Shown here: positions 40,645 through 53,461 of the stretch, piece after piece | Layout of the letters: the number at the start of each line of letters is the position of its first letter | Position numbering within the stretch: position 1 is the stretch's first letter | From: Chthoniobacterales bacterium | Lineage (GTDB): Bacteria; Verrucomicrobiota; Verrucomicrobiia; Chthoniobacterales; DASVRZ01 | Reading direction: 5' to 3' | DNA length: 59,407 bases | Assembly (NCBI GenBank): GCA_038225185.1 | Contig: JBBRFA010000004.1 | Span: 1-59,407, forward strand | Translations under genes and position numbers: made by a program | The notes under the pieces: generated by a model | Databases searched by the model: none | What the model saw: only the letters and a program-made list of their open reading frames with translations | What the model was told of the DNA's origin: nothing

Positions 40645-41144
40645 AATGTTTCTGCCACCTGTTTTCGGATTTTCAATCCTGCCTGGGTTTGGATATGGGT
40701 CAGTCCGATGGCAAGGGCATCCGCCGCATCCGGGGATGGAGTCTCGGTGAGTCCTAACAAAGCTCGGATCATAAATGCGACCTGTTGTTTATCGGCGGCA
40801 CCGCGTCCCACCACCGCCTGTTTGATTTTACGAGGCGCGTATTCGTAAATCGGAATGCCATGCTGGGCGACAGCGAGCACGGAAGCACCCCGCGCCGCGC
40901 CGAGAGTGATGGCGGTGCGCAGACTTTGCACGTAAATGACGCCTTCGATGGCACATTCCACGGGTTGATGCCGATGGATGAGGTCGGTGATTTTTTCGTG
41001 AATGGCAACGAGACAACCCGATTGTGGCAACTTGGGAAGATTGACGATGACTCCGTATTCCAGAGCCGTGGATTTACGGCCATCTGTCTCCAGAATGGCG
41101 AAGCCGGTGCCGCGAAGGGAGGGATCAATGGCCAGGAGTCGCAT
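40641..41144 (-). CDS. ruvC: crossover junction endodeoxyribonuclease RuvC
   Basis: MRLLAIDPSLRGTGFAILE... with the conserved acidic residues and the C-terminal ADALAIGLTH. Confidence 0.92.
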   Translation of the reverse strand: MRLLAIDPSLRGTGFAILETDGRKSTALEYGVIVNLPKLPQSGCLVAIHEKITDLIHRHQPVECAIEGVIYVQSLRTAITLGAARGASVLAVAQHGIPIYEYAPRKIKQAVVGRGAADKQQVAFMIRALLGLTETPSPDAADALAIGLTHIQTQAGLKIRKQVAETL

Positions 41145-42366
41145 AATGTAAGGAATGCTCCCGCGCTAGTTGCGAGGCAAATTCGCCTAGCACGCGTGAA
41201 TGATCGAAGCGCGATACGTAGCGGAATCCATTTTCCTGAAAGCGTTCGAGTTGCGCGGGGTCGTCCTGAAATTGCTCCAGGGTCTGGGCTAACAAAGAGG
41301 GATTATCCGGAGGAAGATTGATCCCAAAATCGCCCTCTGCGACGGCTTGGGCAAGGGCGCTATCGGCATCGGCGACACTAAGGACCGGGCGGCGATGAGC
41401 CAGGGTGGTCAACAGTTTACTGGGAAGAAAGGCATTGCCCGAGCCAGTTTGTTGGGTAATGAGGCAGACATTCGCCGTGGCCAGCATGGCGCGATAATCG
41501 GCATCGTCGAGTAAAGGCAGCAATTGAATATGGGTCTGTTTGTTTTCTAAAAGTTTTTTTTCCAGGAAGGATTTCCTAGCACCCTCCCCGCAAATGACGA
41601 TGTGGATGCGGTTGCCGTGCAAAAGTTGGGCTGCATCGATCAAAATATCGAGTCCCTGTTTGGTTCCCAGATTACCTGCGTAAACAGCTAGGAAATCATC
41701 GGGGCGAAAGCCATGCTTTTTGCGAAAGTCCACCGCTACAGGAGTTTGTGCGGCTGTTAGATCGAATCCATTGGCTAACAAGGCCAGTTTACTCTCCGGA
41801 ACATTTTTTTTCCGAAAAGCCTCGATCATTCCAGGTCCAATGCCGCTTACTCCCGTGGCGTGCCGGTAAGCAAACGCTTCCAGCCGGTAAAGCAGCCTGG
41901 TAAATGTGCCGGGTTGCAGCATATTCAATCCCATGGCGGCATCGGGCTGAAGATCCTGGACGTGAAAATGATAGCAGCTTCCGCGAATTGCTGTCAGGAG
42001 CCAGGCGGCTGCACCCAAGAGCAAGGGGGGCGACACCACGACATAGATGTCTGCTTTTGGCAAGAGCAGGGCACGGAGAAAGGAAATGGCAACGAAACTT
42101 CCCTCGTGCAAAATTCTTCGTATCGCAGAACCTTTTTGCGGCACATATTTCCAGCAGCGATGCACCAAAACTCCCCGGATTTTATCGGTCCGATAAAGTG
42201 TGAAGGCATCTTCCTCGCGGGTCTTCCATTGGGGATAGTAGGCAAAAGATGTTAACATCTCGACATCGTTTCCCTGCGCCACGAGATACTCGCAAAGCGC
42301 GGTGTTGCAGGGCGCTATGCCGGTGACTTCCGGTGCGTAGTTGATTCCCCAGACAATGATTCTCAT
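41125..42366 (-). CDS. GT4-family glycosyltransferase (WcaI-like)
   Basis: MRIIVWGINYAPEVTGIAP N-terminus and a C-terminal GT-B E-x7-E-like region. Confidence 0.8.
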   Translation of the reverse strand: MRIIVWGINYAPEVTGIAPCNTALCEYLVAQGNDVEMLTSFAYYPQWKTREEDAFTLYRTDKIRGVLVHRCWKYVPQKGSAIRRILHEGSFVAISFLRALLLPKADIYVVVSPPLLLGAAAWLLTAIRGSCYHFHVQDLQPDAAMGLNMLQPGTFTRLLYRLEAFAYRHATGVSGIGPGMIEAFRKKNVPESKLALLANGFDLTAAQTPVAVDFRKKHGFRPDDFLAVYAGNLGTKQGLDILIDAAQLLHGNRIHIVICGEGARKSFLEKKLLENKQTHIQLLPLLDDADYRAMLATANVCLITQQTGSGNAFLPSKLLTTLAHRRPVLSVADADSALAQAVAEGDFGINLPPDNPSLLAQTLEQFQDDPAQLERFQENGFRYVSRFDHSRVLGEFASQLAREHSLHYATPGH

Positions 42367-42384
42367 TTTATCGAACCTGCAAAA

Positions 42385-42747
42385 TCAGCCCACAAGAACG
42401 GTGTCATCGTGGTCATAGCCTGGCGCACAGCAACAGAGTAAAACGAGCGGCGCGTCGCCCGTGTTAGTAATCTGATGCACCTCACCGGGCGGGATGGAGA
42501 TGGCGTCGAGAGGAACGACCTGGCGGGTTTCCCCGGCGATTTCCATCAAGCCGTTTCCAGCCAGAATGTAATAAATTTCCTCGGAGCGAGGATGATAATG
42601 CCGTGTCGTGGCCTCCCCCGGTGGCAGCGTGGCCTCGGCCAGACTTTGCTGTCGCACGGAGGAGTTGCGGTGGCTTAAAAGTTCCCGGATTTCCGATCCG
42701 TCTTTGGTGATGAAAGGGGTGGTGGTGGCGCGGTTGATGACATCCAT
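42385..42747 (-). CDS. cupin-domain protein
   Basis: Internal ATG at 42747. The cupin motifs are PGEATTRHYHPRSEEIYYILAG and IPPGEVHQITNTG. Confidence 0.7.
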   Translation of the reverse strand: MDVINRATTTPFITKDGSEIRELLSHRNSSVRQQSLAEATLPPGEATTRHYHPRSEEIYYILAGNGLMEIAGETRQVVPLDAISIPPGEVHQITNTGDAPLVLLCCCAPGYDHDDTVLVG

Positions 42748-42877
42748 CGGCGGACGATAACCCTTTTCGGCGGGCCAAAGCGAAGAAAATATCCAGATTC
42801 GTGTCCCGGTCTTGTTTCGCGGCCTCATCCCCGGTAAATTGCCGTGTGGATTTTTCCATTTTCAAATTTTCTACCTC

Positions 42878-43927
42878 ATGCGCATCAGTTTGGTAAGACG
42901 TGGTTACTCGAATGCCGGTGGTGCGGAAAGCTATTTGCGCGGGTTTGCCCAGGCAGCGGTGGCCGAGGGTCACGAGGTGCTGTTATTAGCGTCGCAAATC
43001 TGGCCGGATTGGACGGCTGGGGAACAAAGAGTGATTCCGGGAGAATCGCCTGTCGCATTTTCAAAAAATCTATCTCTTTCCGCGCCCAAATGTGAGGTGC
43101 TTTTTAGCCTGGAACGCGTATCCGCCTGCGATATTTTTCGTGTTGGCGACGGTGTTCATGCCGCCTGGCTGGAACGACGGGCGCGCTTTTCCACCGCATG
43201 GCAACGGTTTTCTTTTCCGATCAACCCGAAACATCGGGCATTGCTCCGTTTGGAAAAAGAAGCTCTCACGTCCGCAAAACGGGTCATCGTGAATTCCCGC
43301 ATGGTCCAGGAGGAAATCGCCCGGTTTTACGGCTCCGAAATAGCCGAAAAAACCGCCCTGGTTTACAACGGCATCGATGTGGAAAAATGGCGGGCAGCAC
43401 CAGCATCACTCGAAGAGCTGCGACGCGAATTGGGGCTGTCCCTAAAAGAAAAAGTCGCTGTTTTCGTCGGCTCCGGCTGGGCACGCAAAGGTTTGCCTTG
43501 GGCGGAGGCGGCCACACGCGAGGCGGGATTCACCCTGCTCGTCTGCGGTAACGGACGGCTCCCGACGAGATCGGCGGGCCATGTCCGTTTCCTCGGGGTG
43601 GAACGTCCCGTGGCGACGGTTTTGCACGCGGCTGATGCGTTTATTTTGCCGACGATTTACGATCCGTTTTCCAACGCCACACTGGAGGCATTGGCCGTGG
43701 GTTTGCCCATTATTACGAGCACTGCCAACGGCGTGGCCGAAATTCTTGACCCTGCCATCGATGGCACAGCAATCGCAGATCCCTCGGATATCCCGGCTCT
43801 GGCAGCAGCTCTGACCGATTGGAAAAAACGCGATTCGCCTCAATTGCGACATCTGAGACAACAGAAAGCGGCGTATCACACCTTGAAACGAAATTTTTCC
43901 GCAACTTTACATATCATCGCATCATGA
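42878..43927 (+). CDS. GT4-family glycosyltransferase (group 1, LPS-core type)
   Basis: Internal ATG at 42878: MRISLVRRGYSNAGGAESYLRGF. The C-terminal region has FILPTIYDPFSNATLEALAVGLPIITS. Confidence 0.8.
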   Translation: MRISLVRRGYSNAGGAESYLRGFAQAAVAEGHEVLLLASQIWPDWTAGEQRVIPGESPVAFSKNLSLSAPKCEVLFSLERVSACDIFRVGDGVHAAWLERRARFSTAWQRFSFPINPKHRALLRLEKEALTSAKRVIVNSRMVQEEIARFYGSEIAEKTALVYNGIDVEKWRAAPASLEELRRELGLSLKEKVAVFVGSGWARKGLPWAEAATREAGFTLLVCGNGRLPTRSAGHVRFLGVERPVATVLHAADAFILPTIYDPFSNATLEALAVGLPIITSTANGVAEILDPAIDGTAIADPSDIPALAAALTDWKKRDSPQLRHLRQQKAAYHTLKRNFSATLHIIAS

Positions 43928-43975
43928 TAACTTGTTGCGTTACGATTTTCATCCTCTAAAGTTCTAAACTTTTTC

Positions 43976-45051
43976 ATGCACCCTCTCGCCCAACTTCTTC
44001 ACGAACGCATCGTCATTATCGACGGCGCGATGGGCACCACCATTCAGCAATACAAACTGAGCGAGGAACAATTTCGCGGCGAACGTTTTAAGGATTGGAT
44101 CGGAAAAGATCAGCACGGTAAGCAGATCCTTTTCGTCAAAGGCAATAACGAACTTCTCAACCTCACCCAGCCGCAGATTATCGAAGAAATCCACCGCCGC
44201 TACTTCGAGGCTGGGGCCGACATCGCAGAAACGAACACCTTCAACGGCCAGTTCATTTCCCTCGCCGATTACGGCATGGAATCGCTCGCTTACGAAATGG
44301 CATTTGCCGGAGCCCAATGCGCCCGCCGCGCCGCCGACACGGTGATGGCCGCTCAGCCCGGACGGAAATGTTTCGTCGCCGGAGCCTTGGGACCAACGAC
44401 TAAAACCAGCTCCATTAGCACCGACGTAAACGACGCCTCAGCGCGCGGCACGACCTGGGACGAACTCGTTGCCGCCTACGGGGAACAAACCCGCGCCCTG
44501 CTCGACGGCGGTGTCGATATTTTACTCGTGGAGACCATTTTCGACACGTTAAACGCCAAGGCGGCCTTCTTTGCCATCCAGCAAATTCTGGAAGAACGCG
44601 GCATTTCTCCAGTGCCTTTCGGGACCACTGAACATCCAGAAAATGCCATCCCGCTGATGGCCTCAGTCACGTTTATTCAAAAAGGCGGTATTCGTGGAGT
44701 CACAGGGCAGACGGTCGAGGCGTTTTGGAACTCTCTTTCCAACGTCCCTCTGCTGAGCGTCGGCATGAACTGCGCCCTCGGCCCTGAGGAAATGCGCCCG
44801 CTCATCGAGGAACTCGCCGCTCTCGCGCCCATTTACGTAAGCGTTTATCCGAATGCCGGACTCCCCAATCCGCTGCTCCCGACGGGTTTCCCGGAGACGC
44901 CCGAATCCCTCGCCCCGCAACTCGCCGAATGGGGGCGCAACGGCCTTTTTAACATCGTGGGCGGCTGCTGCGGCACGACCCCGCCGCACATAGAAAAGAT
45001 CGCCGAAGCCATGCGCGGCATCCCGTCGCGCCAGGTGAAGACCGCCGTCCT

Positions 45052-45055
<4 letters not shown>
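43976..45055 (+). CDS. metH: methionine synthase homocysteine-binding (S-methyltransferase) module, encoded as a separate ORF
   Basis: [18 protein letters not shown] and [11 protein letters not shown] (Zn-ligand cysteines). It ends ...[12 protein letters not shown], and its TGA overlaps the next ATG. Confidence 0.88.
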
Positions 45056-48891
<3,836 letters not shown>

Positions 48892-48903
48892 TCTGGCAGG
48901 CTG

Positions 48904-49428
48904 TTACCGGCTCTTGGTGGCGCAGGTTTTTACCAGTTTACTAACATCGAACCCCTGGTTGGCAGCGATGGCGATGAGCTTTTTCTCCAACTGCGGTGCG
49001 ATGTCGGGCGTTCGCGAGAGCAACCACAGATAATCGCGTCCGGGAGTGCCGACGACCACCCATTGATAGTCTTTTTCGTCGAGCGCGATCACCCAATAAT
49101 CGCCCTCGAACGGCCATTGGAAACTCACTTTGAGCCTGGCATTGTTGGAACCGGCCACCACGCGCGCCACTCCTTCGACGCTTTTGATTTTTCCCTCTTT
49201 GCGGCAGGTGTTTACCACGCGCATCCTGCCATCGTCGCGCAGGCTGTATTCTGCGGTGGAACAGGTGCAGCCACGCTGGAACCATGCGGGAAAAGAGGCG
49301 ATCTCGTGCCATTTACCCTCATAACGTTGCAGATCCACCGCAGCGACCACGACGGGCGGCTTTGTCGATTGCGTCGCGCAGGAGCAGAGTAAAAGAGCGA
49401 TGGCCAGGCAAAGAAAAGAGAGCCTCAT
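48904..49428 (-). CDS. blc: outer-membrane lipocalin lipoprotein (Blc)
   Basis: ATG at 49428 gives MRLSFLCLAIALLLCSC (lipobox). YEGKWHEIASFP and the overall pattern are typical of bacterial lipocalin. Confidence 0.85.
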   Translation of the reverse strand: MRLSFLCLAIALLLCSCATQSTKPPVVVAAVDLQRYEGKWHEIASFPAWFQRGCTCSTAEYSLRDDGRMRVVNTCRKEGKIKSVEGVARVVAGSNNARLKVSFQWPFEGDYWVIALDEKDYQWVVVGTPGRDYLWLLSRTPDIAPQLEKKLIAIAANQGFDVSKLVKTCATKSR

Positions 49429-49448
49429 ACTTAACACGACCAGCCAGT

Positions 49449-50441
49449 TTAATTAAGAGGAGCGGCCGCATTTTTCGGCACGATGGCCTCGCCTTTAAGG
49501 TAACGTAAAAAGCCGCCATCGGTGCTAAGAATCACGGTGGTGTCTTTTTGCAAGGCCGAGCGGTAGGTCTCCAAAGTGCGCGTAAAGGAATAAAATTCCC
49601 GCGCCTGCGGAGTCTGGTTATAAGCGTTGGCATAGATGGAGGAGGCTTCGGCATCCGCCTTACCCTGGATGGTTTGCACTTCGCGATAGGCCTCGGATTC
49701 GATGGCTTGCAGATCGCGTTCCTTGCTGCCGAGGATGCGGGCAGCTTCCCCGGCGCCTTCGCTACGGAAACGTTCGGCGATCTGCTGCCGTTCACTGATC
49801 ATGCGTTCAAAGATTTTTTGGGCGACGTTTTGATTGTAATTGATGCGTTTAAAGCGCACGTCGAGCAGTTCGATGCCAAATTCCTGGAGTTTGGAGCGGG
49901 CGGCATCGGAGATTTCCTTTTCCAAAGCAGCGCGTCCAAAGCGAATGGTGGGAAGCCCGGTGGCAATGGAGCCGCTCCCGGTCGGAAGGGAGTCGTCGGT
50001 GACAGCTTTGCGATCTTTGCTGGTGCGGATGAGTTCGACGAGTTCGTGACGGGCCACCGTGTTGCGGGTCTCACTGCCAAGAATGTCGTCGAGGCGGGAA
50101 AGCGCGCTGCGTTCATCACGCATGCGGATGAAATATTTCATGGGATCGACGATGCGCCAGCGGGCGAAATTATCGACGATGATGTAGAGTTTATCCTTGG
50201 TCGGCATCTCGGTGGAGGGACCGTCCCAACTGAGGATGCGTTTTTCGATGCGATTGACCTGTTGGGTGAAAGGGATTTTAAAATGGATGCCAGCCTCGTT
50301 GATCGGCTGACCTTTGGGTTCACCAAACTGGGTGATGATGACTTGCTCGGATTCGCGCACGACGAAAAGTGCGCCGGAGAAGACTAACAATCCGATGAGA
50401 ATGAAGATACCTGCGATGATGGCGGTGATGCTGAGTTTCAT
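49449..50441 (-). CDS. hflC: SPFH/band-7 protease modulator HflC
   Basis: 330 aa with an N-terminal TM helix followed by an SPFH domain. It is the second gene of an hflK-hflC pair. Confidence 0.85.
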   Translation of the reverse strand: MKLSITAIIAGIFILIGLLVFSGALFVVRESEQVIITQFGEPKGQPINEAGIHFKIPFTQQVNRIEKRILSWDGPSTEMPTKDKLYIIVDNFARWRIVDPMKYFIRMRDERSALSRLDDILGSETRNTVARHELVELIRTSKDRKAVTDDSLPTGSGSIATGLPTIRFGRAALEKEISDAARSKLQEFGIELLDVRFKRINYNQNVAQKIFERMISERQQIAERFRSEGAGEAARILGSKERDLQAIESEAYREVQTIQGKADAEASSIYANAYNQTPQAREFYSFTRTLETYRSALQKDTTVILSTDGGFLRYLKGEAIVPKNAAAPLN

Positions 50442-50455
50442 GGTGGATAAAAGGG

Positions 50456-51424
50456 TTACTCGGTGGGTTTCATGTTAAGATTGAGGAGGGGAAGGAGTTG
50501 CCCCACTTTATCATCGACGATGATTTTGCGTTCCAGCTTGGGAAGAATGTCGGCGATGGTTTCTAGGTAAAGACGTTGGCGGGTGACTTCGGGCGCTTTG
50601 ACGTATTCGGTGAGCAGGGAGTTGAAGCGGGCAGCGTCGCCTTTGGCTTCGTTGACGCGCTGGAGGGAATATCCCTCGGCACCGCGCAGACGTTGATCGG
50701 CCTGGCCGCGGGCGCGGGGCACGGATTTGTTATATTCGCCGTTGGCCACGTTGATCATTTGTTCGCGTTCCTGCTGGGCTTGGTTGACTTCATTAAAGGA
50801 ATTTTGGACTACGACCGGGGGATGCACATCTTTGAGTTGCACCTGCATGACACTGATGCCGAGTTTGTAAAGTTTGGCGGCGTCTTTAAGGCGGATGAGA
50901 GATTCGGATTCGATTTCCTGGCGGCCAATGGTGAGCACTTCGTCTATGGTGCGGTCGCCCACGACTTCTCGCATGATCGATTCGGAGGCGTTGCGGATGG
51001 TTCCGCCGGGGTTGCGGACTTGAAAGAGATATTCCCGGGGATTCTCGATGCGATATTGGACGACCCATTCGACGAGGGCCATGTTGAGGTCGCCAGTGAC
51101 CATGCTGTGCTCGGCGTCAGGTTCCTGGGAAGATTGATCAGGGTTCGTGTAGCCGGTGGAGGTGAAGCCAAATTCGAGTTTCAACTGACGTTCCACGGGT
51201 AGGATGACAAGCTGGTCGATACCGAAGGGGAGTTTAAAGCGAAGACCAGGCTGGACGGTGCCGCTGTATTTTCCAAGACGGATGAGAATTCCTGCGGAAT
51301 CGGCAGGCACGGAAGAGAAACAGGAGATGAGGCCGATGAGGATGAAAAAAATGACGACCCCGCGGAGGATCCAGCGGAAATTGAGTTTATTGGGAAGAGC
51401 CCATTCGGGAGTGACGTTGCGCAT
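50456..51424 (-). CDS. hflK: SPFH/band-7 protease modulator HflK
   Basis: Internal ATG at 51424. It has a TM helix (VVIFFILIGLISCF) and an SPFH domain (GILIRLGKYSGTVQPGLRFKLPFGIDQ). Confidence 0.85.
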   Translation of the reverse strand: MRNVTPEWALPNKLNFRWILRGVVIFFILIGLISCFSSVPADSAGILIRLGKYSGTVQPGLRFKLPFGIDQLVILPVERQLKLEFGFTSTGYTNPDQSSQEPDAEHSMVTGDLNMALVEWVVQYRIENPREYLFQVRNPGGTIRNASESIMREVVGDRTIDEVLTIGRQEIESESLIRLKDAAKLYKLGISVMQVQLKDVHPPVVVQNSFNEVNQAQQEREQMINVANGEYNKSVPRARGQADQRLRGAEGYSLQRVNEAKGDAARFNSLLTEYVKAPEVTRQRLYLETIADILPKLERKIIVDDKVGQLLPLLNLNMKPTE

Positions 51425-51524
51425 AGTGCGCCCATTTAAACCATGACGAGAGAAAAATCCAGTCTTTATGGATTTTCCTTTTTCAAGCTTGCCTTTGGCT
51501 GGGTTACGACGGATTAACGGGGGT

Positions 51525-52244
51525 ATGATACGGATGGAAGGCTTAACCAGAAAATACGGTGAACTCGAAGCCGTGCGCGGGATCGATCTCGAGGTGCCGC
51601 AGGGGGAATTCTTTGCTTTTCTGGGGCCAAATGCCGCAGGAAAAACGACGACGATCAAGATGCTGGCCGGCTTGCTGAAACCGACGGCCGGGCGGGCCAT
51701 CGTGGGCGGTTTCGATATGCAGACGGAGGCGGCAGAAGCCAAAAAAGTGATCGCGTATGTGCCCGATTTTCCCTTTCTCTACGATAAATTGACGCCAGTG
51801 GAGTTTATGCGGTTTGTGGGCGAACTTTTTTTAATGGACCGGGTGGACATCACCCTAAAAACAGAGATGCTTTTTGAGCAAATGCATCTCAATGAGCACC
51901 GGGATCAACTTATCGAGAATCTGAGCCACGGCACTCGCCAGCGTGTGGTGATTTCCTCCGCCTTGTTGCACGATCCGAAGGTGATCATTATCGATGAGCC
52001 GATGGTGGGTTTGGACCCTCGCCATGCGGCAATCGTGAAGCAGGAGCTAAAAAAACGTTCGGCGGCGGGCACGACGATTTTTTTATCGACGCATCAACTC
52101 AGCGTCGCCGAGGAGATGGCCGACCGCGTGGCCATAATCAATCACGGAAAAGTCATCGCCCTGGGCACCGTGGAGGAATTGAAGGGGTTGAGCCAGGAAA
52201 AAGGTGCCCTGGAAAAAGTTTTTTTAACCTTGGTCGGAGATTGA
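51525..52244 (+). CDS. ABC transporter ATP-binding protein (ABC-2/CcmA-like)
   Basis: Internal ATG at 51525, with Walker A GPNAAGKTT, signature LSHGTRQR and Walker B IIIDEP. No permease gene follows. Confidence 0.88.
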   Translation: MIRMEGLTRKYGELEAVRGIDLEVPQGEFFAFLGPNAAGKTTTIKMLAGLLKPTAGRAIVGGFDMQTEAAEAKKVIAYVPDFPFLYDKLTPVEFMRFVGELFLMDRVDITLKTEMLFEQMHLNEHRDQLIENLSHGTRQRVVISSALLHDPKVIIIDEPMVGLDPRHAAIVKQELKKRSAAGTTIFLSTHQLSVAEEMADRVAIINHGKVIALGTVEELKGLSQEKGALEKVFLTLVGD

Positions 52245-52478
52245 CATTTAGCAGGCCAGCGACCAGCAATCGACAATACTCAGAGCAAAAGCCACAGGAC
52301 GGAGGTTTTCCCTCTACAATTTGTTGGTTGTGAGATGAGGCACGATGGCGAGACCCATTTTTCAGAGAATTATTCGTCTCCGATTTTTCAAAAATATCAA
52401 TATGAAAGGCAAAACCCCTTTAAGCGGCAATGTTTCGGGTTATTTGCTATGGAGAAAATATACAATCCTATGGTTGGT

Positions 52479-52862
52479 TCATTCAAGCAGAACTCTAAGA
52501 GTGGCAATTGCGACTTCTTGCTTATCTAAAATCTCCTTAGAATGCTTTAGTTCTTTTTCCTTCCCTTCGTGCCCATCACCAATCATTTCCAGGTAGCGCT
52601 TAGCTTCACTTTGCAGGTCGAGATTCTTTAAGCAAACTGAGAAACCCATCAATCCGAAATTTTTGCCTTTCCCATCAGGGTAAATCACCAAGTAACGAAC
52701 ATACTCTTCTAGTGCTTCCAAATCAATTCCAAGCTCATATTTACAATCGGCTTTTGCGATAATTACTCGCCCTTTAATTTTTTCGTCATCCGGCAGATTT
52801 TCAATTGCGGCCAGAGCCTTTGAAAATTCTCGATCGTCTATAAATTTATAAATTTCTTCCAT
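52479..52862 (-). CDS. small AT-rich helical (TPR-like) protein, candidate immunity protein for the upstream Rhs tip
   Basis: 127 aa with an ATG start and no signal peptide, located 14 nt after the end of the open frame that continues from the Rhs fragment. Confidence 0.5.
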   Translation of the reverse strand: MEEIYKFIDDREFSKALAAIENLPDDEKIKGRVIIAKADCKYELGIDLEALEEYVRYLVIYPDGKGKNFGLMGFSVCLKNLDLQSEAKRYLEMIGDGHEGKEKELKHSKEILDKQEVAIATLRVLLE

Positions 52863-53053
52863 GGAGTTAATTTATTTTACCAATCTGGACTTGTTGAGGT
52901 TTCATCGGCACCTTCCCTACCTGTTCTCCATTTTTTATCTTCATTATCTCGCTGTCTTTTTTCTCTTTCTTTTGGATCTTTAGGTTTTTCTCGCCTTTCT
53001 TTGTTTCGACGTTCTCTATTCTTCAAAGGCTTTTTATCTACAGACGCGTTGTC

Positions 53054-53395
53054 TTATGCATCATTTAGTGACTCTTGAGCATTTGCTAATGATCGCCCCA
53101 TTGATTCACATAACTGCTGACCTAGAGGAGTTGCTAATACAAGTCCTGCTAGAGCGGCACAAAGTCTAAAACCACCCACCGCATCGGTTCGCGCAAGTGT
53201 TGGGCTTAAGCCAAACGGGTCCCCCCAATTCAGCACATTATCTCCGACATATCTGTAGATGTTCAAATCCCCGCTATCGAAATCAATCGGGTCCAATTGC
53301 AGGAATCTGCCCAATTTTGGCGAGTAAGCCCGGGCGCGGTAGTAGAGGCCCGTTACCGCGTCGCATTCGCGGACAGTGAAGAGGAATCTACACTT
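53054..53395 (-). pseudogene. orphan Rhs/YD core-end fragment with a short C-terminal tip
   Basis: Hand translation of the open frame gives KCRFLFTVRECDAVTGLYYRARAYSPKLGRFLQLDPIDFDSGDLNIYRYVGDNVLNWGDPFGLSPTLARTDAVGGFRLCAALAGLVLATPLGQQLCESMGRSLANAQESLNDA*. It matches the Rhs core terminus (ETGLYYyRARYYdP..GRFls.DPigf.gG.NlY.Yv.NNPvn..DP.GL). There are no upstream YD repeats, because prfA ends at 53462. Confidence 0.7.
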
Positions 53396-53461
53396 CTACC
53401 CCGTGGAAAACCCGCAAGCCACCGCTCAAGCAGCCTCCAGGGGATGACTGTGGTTTGTTTT

